NCBI GenBank assembly: GCA_951406725.2 | Contig: OX597817.1 | Span: 101,866,001 to 101,930,000, forward strand | Source: Octopus vulgaris | Taxonomy: Eukaryota | Direction of reading: 5' to 3' | DNA length: 64,000 bases | Shown here: positions 53,996-64,000 of the stretch, one piece after another | How the letters are laid out: every line of letters begins with the position of its first letter | Numbering within the stretch: position 1 is the first letter of the stretch | Translations under genes and position numbers: made by a program | The notes under the pieces: model-generated | Databases searched by the model: none | Seen by the model: only the letters and a program-made list of their open reading frames with translations | What the model was told of the DNA's origin: nothing

Positions 53996-54448
53996 CATTC
54001 TTTTAACCGGGTTTATTCATGGAGTGCCGACTGAGGTATTTAACTGGACTTCCCTTATCCTTACTTTCTCTCATTGAACTGACAATCCCATCAAGCCTGC
54101 TTAGTAAGGGGGATGGTTTTCGTGAACACCCTGCAGGATAGAAAACAGAACCTATCAAAGGACAGACAAATTCAGTAAAATAAATGGCCATCCAACAGAT
54201 GACAGTCAGAAATTCCTAGTCATTGTTCAAACATGTCTCTAAGATGGAAATTCCAATATAACACCCACCTCATTGTGAAGCTTGTTTCTGAACTATTTGG
54301 CTATGTAGGTGAGAGTGTTAGCAGTGTGGTGCAAGCTGTTATTGATTTTAAACTGCAGCATGGGCACTGCTGACAACCATTGCCTTTCACATCTAGGATA
54401 AGATAATTTATTAGCAGTGGTCATACTTGTTTACAAATCGACAGCTCC

Positions 54449-54520
<72 letters not shown>

Positions 54521-55060
54521 TATGCATTTGTAAAAATTGGGTGAGTGTTACATTTACTGTATTCTTTTGACAAGTTCTTGCCATACAGCATACTCTATAT
54601 TTTTTTTGGGGGGGGGGGCCTATGGGGCCTCTGCATAGTTGCTCAGTTTACTAAAAACAATACATAAGCCCCTAAAATCAATCACTATCTTATACAGGCC
54701 AGAGCATCTTAGATGTGATCTTACATATACCTAAAATATTAGATGGCCTTGACTGGAATGCCTCTGATCATAAGTTTGCTCAATAAGGGTTAAACAACAA
54801 CAGTATATTTTTATTATGCACAGGTAATTGAAATACACATATAACAGATGTATAGTATAAATACATAGCTATTTACTAAACACCTCCCACTGCTATAACT
54901 GTACAACTTTAGCACGTACTTCCAAACACTACAAACACTAACATTTTTAATGTGCAACAATATCATCAGCACTTCAATAATAGGCTGTATCCTTATAACT
55001 TACATATTAATATGAACAAAACTGTGGATGTCAAAATGAAATAAATAAAAATATTCTCAC

Positions 55061-55108
55061 CTGCCTACAATATCTGTTGTTGACACACCTTCTGTTCGTT
55101 TACATTCT
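55061..55108 (-). CDS. PCYT2: PCYT2 exon (ECKRTEGVSTTDIVGR)
   Basis: AG/GT borders, phase 2 to 2; cytidylyltransferase RTxGVSTT signature. Confidence 0.96.
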
Positions 55109-56157
55109 CTTCATTAAAAAAAAAAGGAAAAGTAAATATCACCTCATTAAAAACATATGTATATTGAATCAATAAGAAAGTCTTTATGAAACTGCCAATC
55201 CTGCTGGAAATAGCAGCCAAGCTGCTTCAAATTACCCTCCCATCAACTAAATTCCCCACACAGAGCAAGAACGAACATCACCTATCTCTTGACATTTCCA
55301 CTCTATCAACCATTCCACCCAACACTTATTCTTTGGTGAGGCTACTACTCTTGGATACCCTACCACTCACCCCATTTTCTCTCTTCATACTTATATAACT
55401 TTCAGTCTGAATTCTCTTCCTCAATTCTTCTAACCAGCATGCTGACTCACATCACCATTCACCTACCATCTTGTATCCCTGATACATGTATACATACCAA
55501 CCAGTGCTCTCAAATCTTTCCATTTTTCTGTCTCCCTTCATTCCACTACTCTCATGATATAGTATTAGGTAAGTTTAAGGTTTCCTGCCTACTCACACAA
55601 TAACTTGCTGACCCATCACATCATCAGCAACCCCATACGCATATATCCCACTCCCTACTTCATCAGCCTCCACCACTTTTTCTTCTATATATTCCACCAG
55701 TCAAACAGACCTACCAATCTAATGAGGGTTTCTATACACAATCACTCAAACTTGCTAGAAATGCTAACCAAAACTCCCTCTCACAACTTTTTCTCACAAA
55801 GGCCACACACACACACACACGGGCACAAAAATGTACACCTATTTACATGCTAGCACAAACACATTTCTCCAATATCTGCGACTCTTTGCTTCACAACTGT
55901 GTTTCTTCCCTAACTAGCTAACATGCTTTCTCTCTCTCTCTTATTGCTTATACTTCTTACCTCCTTTTCTCTTCATTCTGTGGTCATAAAGAAATTTCCT
56001 TTTCTGCACTTTTCCTCCATCATGTGATTCTACTATACTTCTCTACACCACACATTCTGATCTAACTCTCTTCAACTGATTTTTTTCCCAGCAGAATTTA
56101 CCATTTTCTTCCAGGATTTTCTACCTACTGTATGATTTTGAAAAAATAAAATTTTTC

Positions 56158-57092
56158 GGTAGCAATGTAGTATGTGATCTACATGCCATTGTGATCTACA
56201 CCAACTTAAATCTAAATTACCTTGCAACCTACGTTCAAAATTTTGTTATAAATTTGTAATTATAATTAGAGGAATGAGTTAAACAAGGAGTTCATAGCAC
56301 CGGAGAAATTCTATTGCAGCTTCTTCATCTTGAATAACCTCTTTTCTCTTTTACTCTTTTACTTGTTTCAGTCATTTGACTGCGGCCATGCTGGAGCACC
56401 GCCTTTAATCGAGCAACTCGACCCCGGGACTTATTCTTTTGTAAGCCCAGGACTTATTCTATCGGTATCTTTTTGCCGAACCGCTAAGTAACAGGGACAT
56501 AAACACACCAGCATCGGTTGTCAAGCAATGCTAGGGGGACAAACACAGACATCTAGAGGGACAAACACAGACATCTAGGGGGACAAACACAGACATCTAG
56601 TGGGACAAACACAGACATCTAGGGGGACAAACACAGACATACAAACACACACACACACACATATATATACGACGGGCTTCTTTCAGTTTCCGTCTACCAA
56701 ATCCACTCACAAGGCTTTGGTCGGCCCGAGGCTATAGAAGAAGACACTTGCCCAAGGTGCCAGTCAGTGGGACTGAACCCGGAACCATGTGGTTGGTAAA
56801 CAAGCTACTTACCACACAGCCACTCCTGCGCCTATAAAATTCTTATAAAAACTTGTGTATAAAATTCTTTTGCTCTCATCATGACTTCTTTCAATGGACT
56901 CAAGACTAAAAGTGTTTAAATCATAAATGTTATTTTGGTTTATATATCAAACCAACTGAAAGTCAAGTAAATAGATGAATTTTAAATGTAGATCAAAAAG
57001 TCGGTGTAGATCACAAACTAAACCTTTTGAACTAATGTAGATCAAAAGCTACACCAGAAACATGTATATAGATCACATACTACAACGGCACC
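56158..57092. mobile_element. Non-autonomous DNA transposon (Merlin- or MULE-like) interrupted by a SINE
   Basis: 24-bp TIR GGT.....TGTAGTATGTGATCTA; 8-bp TSD AATTTTTC (56150-56157 and 57093-57100); subterminal TGATCTACA repeats. Confidence 0.8.
56341..56833 (-). mobile_element. Young full-length tRNA-derived SINE
   Basis: Minus-strand head AGGCGCAGGAGTGGCTGTGTGG (A box) and GGTTCAGTCCC (B box); CpGs retained; 3' tail (GTAAAAGA)n; internal 22-bp tandem x5. Confidence 0.92.
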
Positions 57093-59145
57093 AATTTTTC
57101 TCTATTCCATTACAAATGCTTTAAATCCTACACAATCTGATACATCTTCCACTTTCAGTTTTTCCTCATACTATGGACATTCCTATATCTTGAACTTTGC
57201 AACAGTTGTATAACCTCCCAAGACTTTTCACCAATGTTGTATTGTATGTACATGTATTGTTTCTAAGTTTCTTCTTGCACAGAACTTGTTTTTATATCAG
57301 CATTGTATTAATATCAATTTTTCTCCAATTTTTCAATTATTTTTTCCTCACTTCCCAACCAGAACTCACATTCCTTTCTTTTTCACTTTTTTTTTTGTTT
57401 TCTCCCATTTATGCACTTTATACTCACATGTGCAACTATTACACACCTCTCGCCCCTCCATGTGCTTCACTATTTTGTTTCTCTAAGAGAACAAAAACTA
57501 TTTTTGCACCAGTGTTGTATTGTAATAATTTCTTCAATGTTTCTCTAATTATTCTCTCACTGAACTCCCACCTTCTTCCTCACTTTCATTCCCTTGTCCA
57601 TGCTTTCCTTTCATACAACAGCATTTCACACCCATACCCTTGCATAGACTTCTATCACACCTTCCACACTCCTCTTGAATTCTTCTTTATCTCATACATG
57701 CATCTGCTTCCACCACTACACTTACATGCTTTCTTCTCTCTCTCTCTCTCTCACACACACACTCACTCCTACTAAACTATGACACTATACTTCTGAACTT
57801 ACACATATCTACATACACACCAAAGTAAAACTACACACACACACCACTCTTCTCCTTATGCCTATCTCAAAACACAGATACACTCATGTATGTGCACACA
57901 CATGCTACCCCCTATTCCCTTCTTAACCTCCTTAACCACCCCCATAGAACTGTATTCAAACCCAGTTCCTAACTCTTCACCCATTTTTTTTCTTTCTTTC
58001 TTTTCTTCTCAACTACTTTTCATCTTTCTTACTTCTATTCTCTTTTCTGATGAAGGTCTAACATCTGAAAAGTTAAAACTCTTTTCTTGTTCAACTAATA
58101 CAATATCTGTTAAAATTTATTTGTTGTCTTTTTTACTTTTTGTTTTTATTAATTAGTTTCTACACATGCGCGTGTGCACACACACACACAATTAAAAAGG
58201 CGCATATATTTTAGCATTTCATTTGTAAATTTATACAAAGATTACGTCAATATTTAAAACACTTTATAAACATGGAGTCATTGAAATGAAATTTGTAATT
58301 AACACATCTTTGTATTCATAGCATGTAAGCTGTGTGCACATGTACCTTTCATATCTTTCCACTTTATATTCATGTAGAACTTAGTGCATGTTTTTGGAAT
58401 GCTATAGATAGCTAAGTTGATAGACAAAGGGTTAATTATTTATTTTTATTTCAAATTACTGAACAGAAATTGGTAGCAGTTTCCAAAGACTTAATTGCAG
58501 TTCTGATAGATTTTCAGATACTTCATCAATGTTTATCTCATTTACTAATATATACTGATTTATATACTGTGTCGGTGTGTCTCTTTTAATCTTTTATCTC
58601 TTACCCCCATAAATCTTTAAAACTCTTATATCCATAAATCTATTACAGAAAATTAAACCTCCTCATACCTTCTTGTAACCTTCTACTTTTTATTCTATTT
58701 TATCTTGTTTTATTTTATCTCATTCTTCTTCTCTACCTTCCTAACCCCTCCCACTAATACCATTACCCTGTTATCTTACTAGAAATTTATATACATCGTC
58801 ATATATAACATCATCATCATTTTACATGGTGGTTTGGGTTGGACTAATCTCACATCATCTCCTAACTAACTGCCATAGCTTTTCACCACCTGGCATACAC
58901 AACAGAAAAACCAGCCAACTTTGTTGTGTGCATATTTATTTTGGCATGATTTCCATGGCTGGATGCATTTTATTATGCCACCAACACAGGAGAGGTTCTC
59001 CTTAACAGGGCTACAGTGTGCCCTGCACTCAATGCTAACTCTGTTCATCTGTTCCTTTATATAATATAGTTTTTATAGCTGTTTGCTCTTCCTCAGACAA
59101 ACCACTTTACACCCATATTCTGCATACTTAAATTACTACCGCTTG

Positions 59146-59626
59146 ACTCCAAGGACACAGATATTGTGTCTAAAGCCAGCTAGAGACGAAGATCTCTTGG
59201 GGCTATAAAGCTACAGTAACACCCCCTCCCCAATGTCGTTAGCCATGATAAGATGGCTTCTATACTTTACATTATCAAGCGATTACTGTTTCAATCTCAT
59301 TCTGAGATTTAATTATGCTTACTGTTCGTTTTTCGACATCAGTGGCAGACGCCATTAGAAAAACTTATATCTATTTGCAAAGGAGCCTTCTCTTTCATTG
59401 CTACCTGGTGGTTACCGCCCGTTGACGAGGGACAACAATCCCGAAACTAGTTCGAGTGTATCACTCAGGCTTGCGAGGAAGGGATGGCCTCCCTTTGCAA
59501 ATACTCCAAGGACACAGATATTGTGTCTAAAGCCAGCTAGAGACGAAGATCTCTTGGGGCTATAAAGCTACAGTAACACCTCCTCCCCAATGTGGTTAGC
59601 CATGATAAGATGGCTTCTATACTTTA
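59146..59626 (+). mobile_element. Candidate retrozyme 3: 124-bp direct repeats (period 357 nt) flanking a hammerhead ribozyme
   Basis: 59146-59269 and 59503-59626 differ at 2 positions; shares downstream hairpins with 52816-53476. Confidence 0.85.
59416..59458 (+). ncRNA. Type I minimal hammerhead ribozyme motif (U3 variant)
   Basis: cgcccg-TTGACGA-ggga caacaa tccc-GAAA-ctag-T-T-cgagtg; 4-bp stem II and palindromic ACTAGT stem III. Confidence 0.8.
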
Positions 59627-60158
59627 AATTAAATTATTCTTTTCTGAATATTTAACAGCTTAAATGGGTCACTACCAATGAGAAAGTAGACTCCTTCACA
59701 ATCAAGTATTTCTTGTCATAGAGATTAATTGCTATGAGCATTGTAATAGGGGCAAGTGGATCAACCAAATAATTCCCATGAGCATAGATTTAATTCATAA
59801 ACTTCATACAGAGTTACATTTTCAGTTGGTTGTGCTGGTATGAAAATGGGCTTCAAAGAAATAAAAAAATTGTGGGCAAAAAATGAAATGTGTTAACAGT
59901 GAAAAGTGCAAGTGGGAAACAGACAAGTGAAGTCAGTGGAAGAAATAGAGAAGTGAAACCTCACAATATTAGGATGAAATGATTAGAGGCTGAAACAAAT
60001 AGCAACAGGACACACTGCATATCTGTCCAATTGAAGCCAGCATAGAAAAAGAGAAGTTAATACACTGATAAGGATCATCATGATCATTTTCATGATATTA
60101 GGATGAAAAGAAAGCAGTGTCTTTTAAAAGAAGATAAAGAATATGTAAAGTTACTTAC

Positions 60159-60225
60159 TTGTACCGGTTGGCCTTTTTTACTAAGTGGTATGTGTCTGTG
60201 CCATCCACAGTTGTAGTGATGTCAT
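60159..60225 (-). CDS. PCYT2: PCYT2 exon (DITTTVDGTDTYHLVKKANRY); upstream exons lie beyond the window
   Basis: AG/GT borders, phase 1 to 2; matches NDITLTVDGRDTYEEVK.AGRY. Confidence 0.95.
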
Positions 60226-61174
60226 CTAAAACAGAAATAATACCTTGATATAATGAGAGGAAATAAGAGACAGCAATGATAATTTCACATGCAGTTGTAC
60301 AAAATATATCATCATCATAATCAACATTCAACGTCTGTTTTCCATGCTGGCATGGGTTGGCCAGCTTGACAGGAACACACCAGGTTCCTGGCTTAGTTTC
60401 TATGACAGAATGCCTTTCCTAATGCCACCTATTTCACAGAGTGTAGTGGGTGCTTTTAATATGGCACCAGCACCCACACTAATGCTTTTTATGAGGCACC
60501 TGGATTTTAGGATCTCAATTCTGTTGTGGTGGTCAGGTCTTTACAGAATTATGATATTAACTTTTTGCATAAGTACATAGTTCCAAACTTTGGTCCACAA
60601 CAAGGAATGAATAAGGAGAATAAGAGGCAGTGACAAATCCTAACACACCTTCCCTCAAATTCTATACAACAACAATTCACTTTTGAAAGTCCAACAATTA
60701 TACAATAAAGCTCTTACAATCTTTACAAGACTTAATCAAAGTTTCTCTTGGGACTTATTTATTGATCCATCATTTATAGCTGCTAGAATGAAATAGTGCA
60801 ATACTTGATTAACACTGACTAGAAATTTGAAGAATTTATTAATAAATAAGTAAATAAATAAATAAAATCTGTGTATTCTATGCAACTTTTTCCTTCTTCC
60901 TTAATTTTAAATTCAAACTTCAAATCCCACTAAATATTGTAAAGAAATGATTTCCCTTGTTTTAACCATTTTACAGAAAAACAACAAAAAACATTGAACT
61001 TGTGAAAATACACTGACATATAAGAAAAAATATTGGTATCACATTTTGGCACACAAAGTCAGTAGTTTTGGGGGAGGGGCTAGTTGATTACATGAACTCC
61101 AGGGCTCAACTGATACTTATTTTATCAACTCCAAGAGGACGACAAGCAAAGTAGACCTCAGCGGAATTTGAACT

Positions 61175-64000
61175 TAGAGGGGAGGGAAAGATGGCTGCTT
61201 ATAAATGCCAAAACCTTCCCAGGCGAAGAATGTACCCCACAACATAGACTGGTAGTTAGTGACTTCAGGATCAGGACTAAGAGGACCAACATGGAGAAGA
61301 AGGGTCTGGAAGCTTAAAGACCCTGCAAATGGACAGAGATTTAGAGACATGTTACTTGAAGCCTTCGACGAAATAGGAGGGGGTATAGCTACACATGGGG
61401 TAGAAGATAACTGGACACTTCTAAGGGACAACCTGCTGAAAGCCACTGACCAGATCTGTGGCTGGTGCAAAGTCCCCTCAAGACATAAAATAACGTGGTG
61501 GTGGAACAATATTGTTGACAGGGCTATTAGACAAAAGAAACAGGCTTGGAAGGACTGGAAGAATGGTGGTAGCAGGGAATTGTATCAGACTGCCAGAAGG
61601 GAAGCTAGGAGATAGGTGTATTTAGCCAGAGGGGAAGCAGATAAGAAAAAATTTGCCAATGTTCTGCGCCGTGAGGATGAAAGACTTGAGGTATTTCGTG
61701 TTGCGAGACAGTGTGTGAGAGAGAATCGTGATGTGGTAGGAGAGAAATGTGTTCGCAAGGATGACGGCTCACTTGCACTAAATGAGGATGCAAAGAGAGA
61801 GGTTTGGAGACGCCACTATGAAAGGTTGCTGAATGAGGAAAATGTATGGGATAAAGAGAGTCTGCCGAATGTCGACCCAACAGAGGGACCAGCAATCCGA
61901 GTTGATAGTTCCTTAGTAGTTAAGGCAATTACAAGCATGAAAACAGGGAAAGCCCCTGGCCCATCAGGAATTACTGCAGAGATGCTCAAAATATCTGGTA
62001 GTGTTGGCTATAGCCTAGTCTCCCATATAGTTAACCAGGTGATACACGAAGGAGTAGTATGGTGTAGCAGCATAATAGTCAACTGCTACAAAGGTAAAGG
62101 TGACACTCTAGATACAAATAACTATAGGGGTATCAAGCTGCTGGATCAGGTAATGAAGGTCACGGAGAGGGTTATAGCCCAACTAATTAGAGAGAGAGTG
62201 AGCTTAAATGAGATGCAGTTTGGGTTCGTGCCAGGGAAAAGTACTACTGATGCTATATTCCTGGTAAGACAGCTGCAGGAGAAATACCTAGCCAAAGATA
62301 AGCCCCTGTACCTGGCTTTTGTTGATATGGAGAAAGCCTTCGACAGGGTTCCCCGATCGCTTATCTGGTGGTCAATGAGGAAACTAGGGATAGATGAATG
62401 GTTAGTGAGAGCTGTGCGAGCCATGTACAGAGATGCTGCTAGTAAGGTGAGGGTTGGCAACGAGTACAGTGAAGAATTCCGGGTAGAGGTTGGGGTCCAC
62501 CAAGGTTCAGTCTTCAGTCCCCTCCTATTTATCATAGTCCTCCAGGCAATAATGGAGGAATTCAAGACAGGATGCCCCTGGGAGCTCCTCTATGCTGATG
62601 ACCTTGCTCTAATTGCTGAGTCTCTATCAGAACTGGAGGAGAAGTTTCAGGTGTGGAAGCAAGGTTTAGAATCGAAGGGCCTTAGAATCAACCTAACCAA
62701 AACCAAAGTCCTAATAAGTAGGAAGGTAGACCAATCACAAACGCCTTCAGGTAGATGGCCCTGCTCGATCTGTAAAAAAGGCGTAGGTAGAAACTCTATA
62801 AGGTGCACCAAGTGTAAGCTATGGACACATAAGAGGTGTAGCAATGTCAAAGGAAGACTAACTAGGAAAATAGTTTTTATCTGTGGCAGATGCTCAGGAG
62901 TAATAAACTCTGAAAATATGCAGAGACCAACTTCTACCATGTTCCAGGGAGAAAAACTAGAAGTAGTTGATAGCTTCCGCTACCTAGGTGACCAAGTCAG
63001 TAGTGGGGGTGGGTGTGCTGAAAGTGTAACTGCTAGAGTAAGAATAGCCTGGGCAAAGTTTAGAGAGCTCTTACCCCTGCTGGTGACAAAAGGCCTCTCG
63101 CTCAGAGTAAAAGGCAGACTGTATGATGCATGTGTACGTACAGCCATGCTATATGGTAGTGAAACATGGGCTGTGACTGCTGAGGATATGCGTAAGCTCG
63201 CAAGAAATGAAGCCAGTATGCTCCAATGGATGTGTAATGTCAGTGTTCATAATCGACAGAGTGTAAGTACCTTGAGAGAAAAGTTGGACCTAAGAAGCAT
63301 CAGTTGTGGCGTGCAAGAGAAGAACCATCAGTTGTGGTGTGCAAGAGAAGATAGTTGTGTGCGAAAGTGCCACACCCTAGCAGTTGAGGGAACCTGTGGA
63401 AGAGGGAGACCCAGGAAAACCTGGGACGAGGTGGTGAAGCACGACCTTCGAACTTTAGGTCTCACCAAGGAAATGACTAGAGACCGAGACCTATGGAAGT
63501 ATGCTGTGCATGAGAAGACCCGGCAAGACCAGTGAAAACATAACCTGTGGCCTACATACCTTTCCTTCTTGGGAAGCACGACCTTCGAACTTTAGGTCTC
63601 ACCAAGGAAATGACTAATGACCGAGACCTATGGAAGTATGCTTTGCGTGAGAAGACCCGGCAAGACTAGTGAGAACATAACCTGTGGCCTACATACCTTT
63701 CCTTCTTGGGACACAAAACTCCACTTGTGAAGACCCGTTGAGACAAGTGAAAATCAAAATCAAAATCAAACCAAATCAAATCAGATATCAGAAAGCAGAA
63801 CCAAAATCGAAGTCGATCAACATCAATGGAAATAGCAGCTGTGGTTAAGCGAACCATCCGATCGTGGACGTTGCCAGCGCCGCCCCGACTGGCCTCCGTG
63901 CCGGTGGCATGTAAAAGCACCATCCGTTCGTGTCCGTTGCCAGCCTCACCTGGCCCCCGTGCCGGTGGCACGTAGCACCATCCGTTCGTGGCCGTTGCCA
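61175..64000 (+). mobile_element. Young 5'-truncated RTE-clade LINE (RT, PHD-like finger, repeat-rich 3'UTR running off the window)
   Basis: Abuts a truncated SINE at ~61172; long RT reading frame; 3'UTR has tandem gccggtggca.gt...gcaccatccg units. Confidence 0.95.
61259..63535 (+). pseudogene. RTE reverse transcriptase ORF with one in-frame stop (61613-61615) and no endonuclease domain
   Basis: Motifs GKAPGPSG, NYRGIKLL, QFGF.PG.ST.DAIF, AFVDMEKAFDRV, GVHQGS..SPLLF, LLYADD, FRYLG and YGSETW. Confidence 0.93.

Noticed and set aside
56531-56640. CRISPR-like regular repeats
   Set aside because: Head-to-tail units with no unique spacers, in a eukaryotic context with no cas genes.
56760-56833. 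tRNA-like A/B boxes
   Set aside because: They continue into a SINE body and tail and recur many times; no complete cloverleaf, so not tRNA genes.
57197-57775. 192-aa hydrophobic ORF
   Set aside because: Pyrimidine-rich low-complexity intronic sequence with a non-ATG start, no recognisable motif and no splice support.
62146-62940. Antisense ORFs within the LINE
   Set aside because: Shadow ORFs of the RT coding frame.

Overview
AT-rich, repeat-dense eukaryotic genomic DNA. The SINE, RTE and mariner families look like those of an octopod cephalopod; this is an inference from repeat recognition, not a search result. The window holds two convergent spliced genes that the ORF track mostly misses. 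The first is a complete 4-exon plus-strand gene (CDS 9807-20168, 192 aa) resembling FAM104/VCF p97 cofactors, with an ETS-CRE motif in its promoter. The second is the 3' ten coding exons of a minus-strand PCYT2 (ethanolamine-phosphate cytidylyltransferase; 60225 to 34726), including a U12-type AT-AC intron that splits the HxGH motif. The rest is mariner/Tc1/maT, piggyBac-like and Merlin-like MITEs, Gypsy, hAT, CR1 and RTE relics, a near-intact RTE ORF with a PHD-like finger, tRNA-derived SINEs and microsatellites. The most interesting observation is three non-coding elements in PCYT2 introns (about 50036-50494, 52816-53476, 59146-59626). Each has a ~335-357 nt repeat period and a type I minimal hammerhead ribozyme inside a rod-like fold, so they are candidate retrozymes (circRNA-forming non-autonomous retroelements). 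All structures were read by eye; nothing was computed or searched.
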